Part shown: one piece after another, positions 1-12,826 of the stretch
Layout: each line of letters begins with the position of its first letter
Numbering within the stretch: position 1 is the stretch's first letter
From: Octopus sinensis
Lineage: Eukaryota
Direction of reading: 5' to 3'
DNA: 64,000 bases
Assembly: GCF_006345805.1 (NCBI RefSeq)
Contig: NC_043005.1
Coordinates: 79,546,001-79,610,000 of the forward strand
The notes under the pieces: generated by a model
Database searches by the model: none
What the model was told of the DNA's origin: nothing
What the model saw: the letters and a program-made list of their open reading frames with translations, nothing else
Position numbers and translations under genes: made by a program

Positions 1-107
1 AGGCAAAGCCAACCTCGGTGGAATTTGAACTCAGAACGTAAAGACAAACGACAGGCCGCTATGCATTTTGCCCGGCGTGCTAACATTTCTACCAGCTCAC
101 TGTCTTA
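1..107 (-). mobile_element. SINE family A, 5' part
   Basis: Reverse complement of the head and B-box region. Further family A copies at about 9520-9731(-), 17680-17840(-), 22140-22340(-), 23320-23505(-), 26530-26712(-), 51040-51259(-) and 52955-53165(+). Confidence 0.7.
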
Positions 108-560
108 ATTCTATTACTAGCTTATTAAAAATCCATGGTAATTCAAATGCTTCAACACAAACTATGCAAGTATTCTACATTTAAAGTTTGTTCTTCTATA
201 GAAAGACTCAGCTGGAGATAATGAGTTGTTTTCAGCAAGTTAATTAATCAAATGATCATTTAACAAGATTTTAATTACAACCTTTAATAGATAATTGCCT
301 GAATTTATCTTTCATTTCATATATTCAAATTTCAGATTTCATTATCATCCTTCTAAAGATGATAAATTATACCAGTTATATTCTGAGCCGGATTTCCTCA
401 ATTGCAATCTCATCCACCACACGTCGTCTCATTTATATTTATATTTTTGTACCAATAAGAGAAATCTGGGCAGCATGAGTATTTGCTCACTAGGGTGATA
501 CTTTGACCAAAACTGTAGAACGGTGTACGAAATGCCTTACTAGAATTCTATATCCAGTCT

Positions 561-983
561 TAAGGCGACGAGCTGGTAGAAACGCTAGCACGCCGGTTGA
601 AATGCTTAGCAATATTTCGTCTGCCGCTACGTTCTGAGTTCAAATTACGCCGAGGTCGACTTTGCTTATCATCCTTTCGGGGTCGATTAGATAACTACCA
701 GTTACGCACTGGGGTCGATATAATCAACTCAATCTGTTTGTCTGTCCTTGTTTATCCTCTCTGTGTTTAGCCCCTTGTGTGTAGTAAAAAAATAGGTATT
801 TCGTCTGCCGTTACGTTCTGAGTTCAAATTCCGCCGAGGTCTACTTTGCCTTTCATCCTTTCGGAGTCGATAAATCAAGTACCAGTTACGTACTGGGGTC
901 GATGTAATCGACTCAATCCATTTCTCTCTCCTTGTTTGTCCCCTCTATATTTAGCCCCTTGTGGGCAATAAAGAAATAAGAAA
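561..983 (+). mobile_element. SINE family A (head ggcggcgagctggcagaa) with a duplicated internal unit
   Basis: Head followed by two tandem copies of an approximately 185-bp unit (tttcgtctgccg..ccccttgtggg..aaagaaata). Confidence 0.8.
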
Positions 984-1320
984 TATATACACAGAGTATG
1001 GGTGAAGTAAAAGAGAGAAATTTCGCCTTAGATAATGGCAGTTTAATGATAGAGCATCACAAGCTGGCCCCAACGGAAACAGACGTTTCTTGTAGCAGGA
1101 TTTTGTGTGGAGGTTTCTATTCGATATCGTTCCTGATCTTTGTGCGGGTTAGGTTAGTACCAGAACAGGGGTGAGAACCTTATTCTGTTCTAGATTTCAT
1201 TTGAGATTCTTTGAGAGTGAACAATACCCGGGAAATGGAAATAAGGTTCAGGCGTGGATGTTTGGAATGTTCCTGGTTCCTCTATGATATTATGGGAAAT
1301 TGTCTTGCCCTATAACTTCG

Positions 1321-1433
1321 GGTCAGCCAAAGCTTTGTGAGTGAATTTGATACACGGAAACTCTCAGAAGCCCGTCATGTGTGTGTGTATATATATATAA
1401 ATAATACATAAAAAAATATATATATAATATATA

Positions 1434-1502
<69 letters not shown>

Positions 1503-1864
1503 ATATATAATATATATATGTATATATATATATAAGATATATATGTGTGTATATATATATATATAGACATATATTTATATATATATAAATATATATACGT
1601 GTGTGTGTGTGCGTGAGCGTGTGTGTGTGTATGTCTGTGTGTCTGTGTCTGTGTGTCTGTGTTTGCTCCCTACTCCACCGCTTGACAACTGGTGTTACTG
1701 CTTTTAAGTCTCTGTCACCTAGCGCTCGGCAAAAGAAACCGATAGAATAGGTATCTGACTTTAAAAAATAAACACCAGGGATGATTCATTCGGCATAAAA
1801 TTCTTGAAGGCGATGCTTTAGTATGGCCGCAATCTAATGAGTGGAACAAGTAACAGATGAAAGA
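1321..1864 (+). mobile_element. Composite SINE B(3' end)-SSR-C
   Basis: B end 1321-1376, about 280 bp of TA/TG repeats, C part 1656-1864. Confidence 0.65.
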
Positions 1865-3495
1865 TGAAATTATCTCACTCTGAAAATCAAGGTTAAGTTT
1901 TTGCATCTAAATCTTGGTATTTTACAAACTGTTGTATCACAAGAAGTGATCAGAAGTAATAGTTAGATTTAGAAATTGCCAGAGCTTTGAGGGTTAACTT
2001 GCGTTGCGTGTTATCCACGAATTGACAGGTTAATAACAGTGAAGACCAGTGGCATGTTTTGATTACCAGATTAGTTATTTTTCAGTTAAATTAAGTTAAA
2101 AATGTTCCTAGCAAATGAAGGAGCAAGCGGCTTCTTTACCCCGTTTTCCGCTTCTCTTTAAATATGGTACTTGAGTTAGAAGAAACCTACGTGAACTGTG
2201 CGTAAACGTTGAAAAGGGAAACAGAATATTGCGAAGCGGAAAATAAAATAAAATATTATCTTTATACAGAACAATATCCTCCTCCACATCATCATCATCA
2301 TCATCATCGTCATTAGTAGCATCAGGAATAGCAATAACATGAAGAGCAGCTTCAAGAAAGAAACTGCAATGGATTACGAATAGGGTTCCATTGCTGGAGA
2401 AAAAATTCTTTGAAAAGAAAAAAAAATATTCGATTTATTATATTATTATATTTTATTTTTAATATTGATATACAAACGTAGAGAGATACATGGCATTAAA
2501 AAATATATATCGCTTTTCCTTCCCGCTCTTTTTCTCTCGCTGTTGTTTTTATTTTTTTCATCTCTCTATCGCTCTGTAGTTTTCTCCCTCTTAGCGGTTC
2601 TTTCGTTCTTCTACTTTCTTTTTTCTCAATTTCTTCTCAATATGTTCAATATTTCAGCAATAACACTCCGGTATGGAGATGTTTGAATATCGAAAATAAT
2701 GAGTAAAGCCCTATGCAAGCTTGTATTTTTCGATACAATGAAAGGAAAATAATGATTTACATAATGTGATAATAAAAAAAACATAAATAAATAAATAAAT
2801 AAATCAAACACAAACAATAAACAAAAATGCGAGGAATAATAACAAGAACAAGAGATTAACCGAAAGAACAAGTCAGAAGAAAAAAAAAATAGTGATAGGG
2901 CGGGTAGGGGAACACTAAAAGGAAGAAATCATTCATAAAAAATCTATTGTAATATTGACTGGTACATTTAACTAAGTTTGGGTGATATAGATTTTTTGAT
3001 TTTTGAAATTTTTTAATAATTTTTTTTTCTTCGTTAGATACTGCTACTACTACTGCTGCTGCTGTAGTAGTGGTGGGAGTATTAGTTGATGTTGTTGTTA
3101 TTGGTGGTGGTGGTGTTGGTGGTGATGATGGAGGTAGTGTTGTCACCGTTATGATGTTATGGGTGGGCCTTGTTGTAGAGATTATATTACGAATGCTTTT
3201 GGGGTGGGGAGGAGAGAAGTGCTGCGGTATGTAGGGTGTGTGTCTGTGTGTGTGTGCGCACGAGTGTGTATGTGTGAGTGAGTGTGTGTATGTATTTATT
3301 AGTTTCTTAAGGTACATTTTTATTTTCTTTCTCTTATTTTCTTTTTTTGCGGAAGCGAAACGAAAAATCGGAAATATTATAAATCTAAGAAGAAAAAAAA
3401 AAACAAAAACAAATAAAAAAACAAAAAAAATTTTGTAGGGATCGAAGATTGCAGATAAGCAGAAATATACAAACATGATCATATATACATACAAG

Positions 3496-3551
<56 letters not shown>

Positions 3552-4165
3552 TATACATATATACATATATATATATATAATATATATATATATGTATATA
3601 TGTATATATATATATACATGAATATAAATATATTTACACACACATATACATACATGCAAACATATGTACAAACATACATACATAGAAATATGCATACATG
3701 CATGTATACATGCATATGATATTGAAATTAGGGATCAGGTGCAATATGAGAATAATGGCGAATGCAAAACTTGAAATGAATGAAAAAAGAAAAAGAAGGA
3801 TCGCAATAAAGTTATATGAATGGAAAAAGATATTTTTTTAGAAGGATAAATAAAAGATTGGAAAAAAATATTATCCTGTAACTGTGAGAAGTATAATATT
3901 TTATGAGGAAGAAAAATATATAGACTTTTTTTTAATGGTAGCAGAATTGAAACGTATTGAAAATATTTGAGAAATAAAGAATTTTCTAAACAGTGGTATA
4001 TAGAGTGCCTGTATACAGTTCATATCATCTATCTATCTATCAATCAATCAATCAATGTATAAATCGATCTTTCTATTTATCAATATGTATTCATCACACG
4101 CAAATGTTGTTAGTAAGCTTCTAGATGTCGTTTTTGTTGTTGCTGACATGCTTCTTGATGATATT

Positions 4166-4199
<34 letters not shown>

Positions 4200-4664
4200 T
4201 TTCCACGGCTACTTCATAAGGTTGAATGTATTGCGATGATATTCGAAGTCTTCACTGTCGAAGAATTTCAGGATCTGTTCACAAGGATTCCTCAATACAA
4301 ATATCTGACTCGATAGAATATAAAAGAAGCAATACTAACGAAGAATTCTTCAATTGGTATTTTGTGGTCGCCGACAAAATAGAGTAGTTGTTATTGATGT
4401 TAATCGTACTGTTATTACCTTTGCCATCTGCATTTATTTCTTTCAGTCATTGGTTTACGGCCATGTTGAAGCATCCCCCTGAAAGATTTTAGACAAATAA
4501 ATCTACCCCTATACTTATGATGTTTTAAAAAATCTGATACTTATCCTATCACTCTCCATTGCCGAATTGCTAACTTATGAGAATATAAAGAAACAAACGC
4601 TAGTTGTCAAATGGTAGAGCTGGTTGGTACATACAAACAGAGATACAAACACACAGACTCACAA

Positions 4665-4748
<84 letters not shown>

Positions 4749-4878
4749 GTGCATAATATGTTTGTTTGTGTGTATATATACGTATATATATATATGTATA
4801 TATATACATACACACAATGTGCATAATATGTTTGTTTTGTGTGTGTATATATATATATATATATGTATACATATGTGT

Positions 4879-5075
4879 GTAGTCGAATCAGGGGCCGCTG
4901 AAGAAGGGGAATGTTTTTTGTGTTGTATGTCTTGTACTCTGTTTTTTTTGTTGTTTGAAAAAGTCCTTTTCCATGTTTCTGTTTTTATGTTTTCGTTTCT
5001 CGTTGTGTTCTACGTTTTTTGTGTCCTGTACCCATATATGCATGTATATATACATATAGATGTAGGTATGTACAT
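4879..5075 (+). repeat. Dispersed repeat (pLTR-like) with an inverted copy at 16030-16240
   Basis: Shared gaatcaggg..ctgaagaaggggaat..ttgtgt..tgtcctg.accc.tatatgcatgtatatac, present in both orientations next to TA repeats. Confidence 0.6.
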
Positions 5076-5170
5076 ATATGTATGTATGTATGCAAATATA
5101 TGTATGCATATGTTTTATTTATTAATTTGTTATTATATATGTACATATATGCACACACTTATATTCCTTT

Positions 5171-5344
5171 ACTTTTTTAGAGCACCGCCTTTAGTCGAGC
5201 AAATCGGCCCCAGCACTTATTCTTTGCAAGCGTAATACTTATTCGATCGAATTCTTTTGCCAAACTACTTGGTTACAGGGACGTACACACACTAGCACCG
5301 GCTGTCAAGTGATGGTAAGCGTCAAACACAGATACGCAAACATA

Positions 5345-5378
<34 letters not shown>

Positions 5379-5450
5379 CATACACGACGGGCTTCTGTCA
5401 GTTTCCATGTACCAAACCTGAAGCTAATTATGAAATCTTTCGCGGTTGCT
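5171..5450 (-). mobile_element. Composite SINE B(3' end)-SSR-C
   Basis: C part 5171-5338, SSR 5339-5383, B end 5384-5450. Confidence 0.6.
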
Positions 5451-5629
5451 TTACCATCTAGAAATAGCAACCCAAATCAGATCCTAATGCTGGATGCTGA
5501 AGGACCAAATGAATAGCAGATTTTTAATCCCGGGATCATCCTGTTTTAAAGAGGTATAATATGTCAATGTAGAGCAGATACAGGCTGAAATACAGGGGTC
5601 TCGGACTGACAAGCAGAAGTTCGCTCTTA

Positions 5630-5670
<41 letters not shown>

Positions 5671-5795
5671 AACGAGATAAATGAAAATTTACTTCGATTT
5701 GATAAACAGAAATAGCTGTAAATGGTTCTGAACTACTATTAAACTATGACCTTTTAATACCAATGATCAACTTCTCATTTTCCATTTCTTTTCTG

Positions 5796-5840
<45 letters not shown>

Positions 5841-5949
5841 TATAGATAGATAGATGATATGTATATATATATATACATACATATATATATATATATATCA
5901 AAACGATGTCTTATAATACTGTACCGCACATACAATAATAGCCATATCT

Positions 5950-7172
5950 ACTTAACACACAGATATCAGTATGGTTTCGATATCATCTGCTCCACGGATA
6001 TCACTATGGTTTCGACACTTGTGCAGTATCATTCAATCCGGCGGTGTCAGCAGCACTAAAATAAGTTTGGTTTGAAATCAAACAAACCTTACCTATCACC
6101 AAATTCATTCAATCTTAATTCTGGGAAGGATTAAACACTAACTAGAACAAAGAAACCACATTTACCCAATGTACAAAAACAGTATCAGTAAAATAATAAT
6201 TCTATAAGTAAACCTATAACTAACTCCTAAATTATCTATCTAAATAGCTACCTAGGCCTTGAAGTCCATACAGATAATATTCCCACCAGTTTTCCATAGT
6301 TGTTAATTTAAATTGAAAGCTTTTATATTCTATTTTTTTCCAAAACAAACTCGATTGAAATTAACTAATAATAAGACGAAGTCTGCGTGAATTACGCTAT
6401 TTAATAATCCGAAAGTTAATAATTAATTAAAACGCTTCATACGTATTAAATATTCGCTCTCCTTACATGCTTTAATGTTAAACTTATATTAGTAATTAAA
6501 TAGATAATATCTGTATTAAATCAGAAACTAATAAAAGAATACTTATAATTAACAATTATTATTGAAAATTTTGTTACAATTAAATACACCCGTTTAAAAG
6601 ATAATATAAAACATAAAGTATTACCATTGCCAAGTTTTTCTGGCACGAGCTTCAAGTCAAGTCAACCATTTTCTCAAAAGACTTTAACTATTAGGTTGCG
6701 TGGTATGTAGTCCATTACTCTTAAATCTCTTTCACTATTTTGGTGACGTAGTACGCACTTAGAGTGACTAGTAAACCGTCCAAATATGATGAACAACCTG
6801 CAATCCAAATCATTAGACGTTTACAAACATTTACTAAGTTGAAGGCTAGCTATTACACCATATTCATTTGAAATTTCCAGTCCCCCACCTAAACAGCAAT
6901 CAAACGTTTTAACTAATTTTTCACATCTATACCCTTGTTCTACTAAATGTCTTAACGGTTTATTTATTCTTTCTAAAAGATTTAAGTTTATATATAGCGT
7001 CGAAAAATCGTACACATACATACTCTTAACCTTCTTGCATGTAATAAGTCTCTCCAGAAATTCCTTAGTTGACCTAATACTCCAAAGATAATTAATTCCT
7101 GAACTGTTATAAACTTCAGCACAATATTCTTTTAAAAATTTTCTAATTACTTTTAAAGTATTATTACCCAAT

Positions 7173-7214
<42 letters not shown>

Positions 7215-7248
7215 GGATGGATGGATAGATAGATAGATAGATAGATAC

Positions 7249-7290
<42 letters not shown>

Positions 7291-7301
7291 GGATAGATAG
7301 T

Positions 7302-7376
<75 letters not shown>

Positions 7377-8215
7377 CTGTTTATTTGTATAAATTCTATT
7401 TCCTGCAATGAATTTATGCAATTTAGAAATCCAAAAATGTTTAGGGATAGTTTTATCATTTTCTTCCATTTCTAAACCACTCTATCTTTCTATGGTGGAT
7501 ATAAGTATATTCCTGTATAATTTTGTTATGTGTTATTACCTAACTTAAATTCCTTATCTACTCCTAACTCTTCACCTAAAATCATCATATAATATTTCTT
7601 TACAAATTACTACAAAATCCCTTGCTACTTTCTCCACTCGCACTATCACACGTTTTATGTAATTCGTTTATTTACTCTTTAACTAGTGGTCTATTTAAAA
7701 CAGAATCTTTCCCTATCCACTTATTAAATTTCATTATTTTCTTAAGTACCACAAAAGTTAATTCGCTAACCCAGCTATTTAACTTTATATTTGAGATTTA
7801 AGTTAACTACAAAATCATTAATGGCTTTTAATATAACTTTCTTTAAAATTATATTTACTAATTTTACCTCGTTCTCTAAATTTTGTCTCGTTGCTCATAA
7901 GTTCCCTTAGTTCCTTTTAATATTTAAATTTCCTGTTTTAATCTGCCCTATTTCATTATAACAGAATTCTGAATTATTTCACTTAAAACTTTCGAAACTA
8001 AACTTTGATAGGAGCTTCTTATAATCAAATAAGGTACTATTCATCTTCTTACCAAGCTTATAACAAATTTTGATATTAATATGTCTAACATTTTCCGGGA
8101 CAGATTTTTTTTTGTTAATTCTAATTATATTACTTAAATGAACATCGTCAATTAAAATACTAACATATGGGTATCATAAAATATTCAACTTTAACATTAT
8201 TGGCTTTCATTTTAG
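5950..8215 (-). mobile_element. Degenerate deep-branching Penelope-like element (Naiad/Hydra-like RT), internally deleted
   Basis: Translated remnants: [104 protein letters not shown], then a direct jump to LVEQGYRCEKLVKTF. It has many stops and frameshifts and a (TAGA)n expansion inside the RT. Confidence 0.7.
7170..7376. repeat. (TAGA)n microsatellite inside the PLE RT
   Basis: About 50 units. Other (TAGA)n tracts lie at 16250-16343, 24390-24480 and 34910-35000. Confidence 0.9.
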
Positions 8216-9169
8216 CCGTTTTCTTTAAGCTGTGGCTGCGAGCCTAAGCCGTACAGGCATATTAATAAAATATATATATACACAAGGTGGGTACTACATA
8301 AGTACCTGCTTCGCTAAAAATAGATTACATAAAAACATGATTACATAACGGTTGAAACATTTCACCAGTGCCAGTAAAATAATATAACTGGTGGTGTTAG
8401 ATGCTCAATACATTATGCAAATTATCAACAACACCACTAGTCACAAATTGCGTAGAAGATAAGCAAATTATCCGAACAGAAAAATTCAAGATGACTCCTG
8501 CCTAAATAGAGGGATGCGCATTCCAGCACTCATGCATTATTGCTGGTATTTAGAGAAGTGGGTATAGAAGGAGACGATGAATGGGACAAATACTAATCTT
8601 TAAGCAATGAAAGAAGTGGTGACTACAGTCCAGCGATAAATAACAGACCCGACACTGGGCAGGTAAATGTCAATTTGAAGGTCTTAGTCAGCGACAATCA
8701 CCTATCTGGCAAACGGACAGAAGACTGCGAGCAGCGCTGAACTTCTGTTGTGTGCCCTTAACACTCCATCTTAATATATCCATACGCGTGTGCGTATATC
8801 TTTTATTTGTTTCAATCATTGGACTGTGGCCATGCTGGAGCCCACAAACACCGACACCCCATATATATATATATATATATACACACAGAGAGTGTATATT
8901 CCACTGATGAGGCAAAGCATTTCTTATGTAGAGCCAGAAATCCTGGAGCTGGAATTATTCAGTAATTTTTTGCTAGTTTATTTTGTCTTCTCTCCGGGTG
9001 CTGTATGAACATTTAATGTGGTTTAAGATTCAAGTTTTGGCTGCTATTTCCAGCGTGGTGGTTCTCTTAGATACCCTAAATTATAATTTTAATTATAATG
9101 TTTACCTTTGAAGGTTTTTATTCCCATGCTGGACAGTAGATAAAATCGATATTTAAATAAGGATCTTAC

Positions 9170-9204
<35 letters not shown>

Positions 9205-9913
9205 GGAATAATTATTATGAAGCATTGTGTAGAATATATTTTATAAATGATCGTGAGTAAGGCCAAAACAATGGGAAGTAGACGCAAGCTAAATCAAAAG
9301 ACAACAAATATGTGAATTTATGTAGACTTACCCTCTATTCAATATTTCGGGGTTATAACCCCATTTTCAAGAAATTGACGAATGTTGCTGATGTGCGTGT
9401 GTGACACGCGCTCAAATTATTCAGAATAATTCAGCACTGAATATATTCTGAATCTTCTGAGTTCAAATTCCGCCGAGGTCGAATTTACCTATCACTATCT
9501 CTTTGTCAGTAAAATGGTTTTAAATTTTGACACAACGCCGGCAAGTTTGAGTAAAGGAATAAAGTCGATTATATCAACACCAGTGCTCAACTGGTACTTA
9601 TTTTATCGACTCTGATTGTACAAAATGCCCAGTCGGCATTGGTGGCATTTGAACTCAGAATATAAAGACAGACGAAATGTCGCTAAGCATTTTGTCCGGT
9701 TCGTTAAATATTTTGCCAGGTCACTGTCTTTAGCATTAAATATAATGAGAATGAAAATACTTTAATACGAACTTATGCGTATGCATGCGTAGGAGTGTAG
9801 GTGTGTATCTGTTTTCTTTCAAAACCTCTTCGCTTCGTTTTCATTCTTGCAACAGTTTATGTTCACATATACTTATATACGAGCTGGATTTTTAAAACTT
9901 TTGTGTAAGCGTC

Positions 9914-9957
<44 letters not shown>

Positions 9958-10040
9958 GGTCCCGGGTTGAGTCGGGGTTAACCACAGTAAATAAGGTACT
10001 CAATACATAGCAGAGTAGTAAATTCATTTTATTTTATAGA

Positions 10041-10097
10041 AGGAGCTTCTACAGGACTAGAACTGTTTCATTCAAAAGAAATCATCAGGAAGCTCCT
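10041..10097 (-). ncRNA. Type I hammerhead ribozyme motif (minimal, PLE-type)
   Basis: Minus strand reads aggagcttc-CUGAUGA-uuuc uuuu gaau-GAAA-cag uucuaguc cug-UA-gaagcuccu. It has a 9-bp helix I, an intact CUGAUGA/GAAA core, a 3-bp helix II with U.U at 10.1/11.1, a 4-bp helix III and a GUA cleavage triplet (cut between 10050 and 10049). Confidence 0.8.
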
Positions 10098-10139
10098 GAT
10101 GATTTCTTTTGAATGAAACAGTTCTAGTCCTGTAGAGCT
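10091..10139 (+). ncRNA. Second hammerhead ribozyme motif (inverted copy)
   Basis: Plus strand reads agcuc-CUGAUGA-uuucuuuugaau-GAAA-caguucuaguccug-UA-gagcu. The core is identical to the minus copy, helix I is 5 bp (agcuc/gagcu), and the predicted cut is after A10134. Confidence 0.72.
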
Positions 10140-10150
10140 CCTTCTATAAA

Positions 10151-10181
<31 letters not shown>

Positions 10182-10263
10182 CAGATACATATATATAGGG
10201 AGAGAAAGAGGGAGGGCGACAGCAAAAGAGAGAAAGTCAGATAGTAGATCATAGATGCGAGAG

Positions 10264-10301
<38 letters not shown>

Positions 10302-10320
10302 TAAATATATAATATATATA

Positions 10321-10366
<46 letters not shown>

Positions 10367-10555
10367 ATATATGCATATATATATATATGCATCTATATAT
10401 ATGTATATATGTATATATCTATAATAGTCGCTTCACTAGTGGTAGCTTCCTGTTTTCTTTCAAAACCTCTTCGCTTCGTTTTCATCTTGCAACAGTTTAT
10501 GTTCACATATACCTATTATACGAGCTGGATTTTTTAAAACTTTTGTGTGTAAGCG

Positions 10556-10611
<56 letters not shown>

Positions 10612-11279
10612 ATGTTGTATTGTGTGTGTGGAAATATCGAGTGACTGGATCGGTCCTTTTAATTGAAAACGGAATGAAAGTAGTCCATACGTAAAAAAGT
10701 TTGAGAAACACTAGTTTAGAGAGACAGAAAAAGATCCTTCTACCCACACCGAGCTAGTTTATATTACACCCGAAACCAGCCTAGTATTCTGGAAGTTACA
10801 GGGACGGGAATCACTGTATAATATACTCATATTTATTCACCACTATTTTTTTTACTACTATTTTTATGCTTGAATAATTCGGCAACATTCCCTTATTTAA
10901 CTGTCTCTATTAACATTTTTTTCTCAACTGTGTGTGTGTGTGTTTGTCTGTAGAACTGTGTGCGTTCGTCAGTTACAAACCTTTCATTTACATTTGCGGT
11001 AATCCTAGTCATTCTGTTTTATCGCCACCAGTATTATACATATCAAAATAAAACACCAATAATGTGACGCGTTATTTAATCTTCATTCATTAGTCGCTTT
11101 CACTAGTGTAGCTTCCTGTTTTCTTTCAAAACCTCTTCGCTTCGTTTTCATTCTTGCAACAGTTTATGTTCACATATAACCTATTATACAGCTGGTATTT
11201 TAAATTTTGTGTAAGCGTCTGTGTATATATTATATATATATATATAATTATATATATATATATAATACATATATAATAT

Positions 11280-11357
<78 letters not shown>

Positions 11358-11362
11358 GATAT

Positions 11363-11414
<52 letters not shown>

Positions 11415-11706
11415 TATATTACTATATATATATAATATATATATATATATATACACATATATATATATACATATAATATAGATGCATATATAATATCATA
11501 CATATACATACATATATATACATATATATTATCTCTGCATCTATTGATCTATCTATCTGACTTTCTCTCTTTCGCTGTCGCCCTCCCTCTTTCTCTCTCT
11601 CATATATGTATCTCTACGTATATATACATTATATGTATATATATATAATATATTTATATATATTGTATGTATATATATATATATATGATACATATATATA
11701 TATATA

Positions 11707-12082
11707 CACTTGCGTCAGAAATTAATTAGCACTTCTCAAATTTTCTACATTAAATAGGTTAAATCATTAAACTATGAGCTGTTCAAAACGTCTTACGCGA
11801 TGAGAAAACTTAGTATGGTGTGATTCGGTCCTTGCGAGGCGCTACCTATATCTATTAAACAAAGGAAGATTTGTATGCATCCGCACCCCAATTTGTTGCC
11901 ACTGCTATGTCAACATCATAAGGCTGTAGACTCTCAAACTGCTCTGCAAACAAGTTACGTCATCGTTCTCCGCAACAGTGACTCGCCAACAAAGGAATAG
12001 TTCGAGATATGGCCCACTAGGTGACAGCACATACTTGAGTGAAGAGCAAATCAAGGGTGCTAATTAATTTCTGACGGTAGTG
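11707..12082. mobile_element. Tc1/mariner-like MITE
   Basis: About 26-bp TIRs cacttgcgtcagaaattaattagcac and gtgctaattaatttctgacggtagtg, with TA at the left junction, inside TA-rich DNA. Confidence 0.7.
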
Positions 12083-12185
12083 TTATATATGGACGTATAT
12101 ATATTGCATATATACACAATATATGTGTATATAATATATATATGTACGTGTGTATATATATGTGTATATGTATATATATATAGTA

Positions 12186-12241
<56 letters not shown>

Positions 12242-12537
12242 GCGTGTGTATGTTAGATTTATGCAAATGCCTACTCATTTCTTTATAAAGTTTCCTGGCT
12301 TTTTATTCCATAATCCGACATTTTAATGACAATTATTCTTTATCACAATCTTATAAATTTTATAACAGTTTTGCCACGTTTCCATTTTATCGCACATAAC
12401 ATTATTTGACGTCTTGAGAGAGATGCTATTTTTTCTGCCTTTTATGCACTTTCGGTTTCTAAGATTTCTCTTGCCTTTTCTTTCATTTTGTCTGCACTCT
12501 TAAACGTTTATTTTCGTGTGATGTGATACATAAGCGT

Positions 12538-12579
<42 letters not shown>

Positions 12580-12786
12580 CATATAATAATATAAATGATA
12601 TATATATACATGCATATATAAATACGTATACGTACATACATATTACGTATATACATATACATATGGGGGGCACAGGACGTCACAAAAACAAACAACGAAA
12701 AGTAGCGAAGTATTATATACATATACTTATATGTAATATATATATATACACTGTGTATATAATATATATATATATATATATATACA

Positions 12787-12826
<40 letters not shown>

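Larger units (their letters stand above)
9956..10152 (-). mobile_element. Short non-autonomous PLE pLTR / retrozyme-like insertion with inverted 5' copy, inside a (TA)n tract
   Basis: About 195 bp non-repetitive unit flanked by (TA)n on both sides. It carries the hammerhead motif and a roughly 60-bp inverted duplicate, which is typical PLE architecture. Confidence 0.55.
9809..11222 (+). repeat. Local triplication of a 110-135-bp unit
   Basis: Copies at 9809-9918, 10425-10560 and 11091-11222 (ctgttttctttcaaaacctcttcgcttcg..aagcgtctgt), each followed by (TA)n. Confidence 0.88.

Noticed and set aside
561-983. Regular roughly 185-bp repeats with palindromic parts (also 43350-43866) as a CRISPR-like array
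   Set aside because: These are tandem internal units of a SINE. There are no unique spacers or cas genes, and the context is eukaryotic.
2856-3695. 279-aa minus-strand ORF
   Set aside because: It is made of microsatellite and low-complexity tracts with no domain signal.
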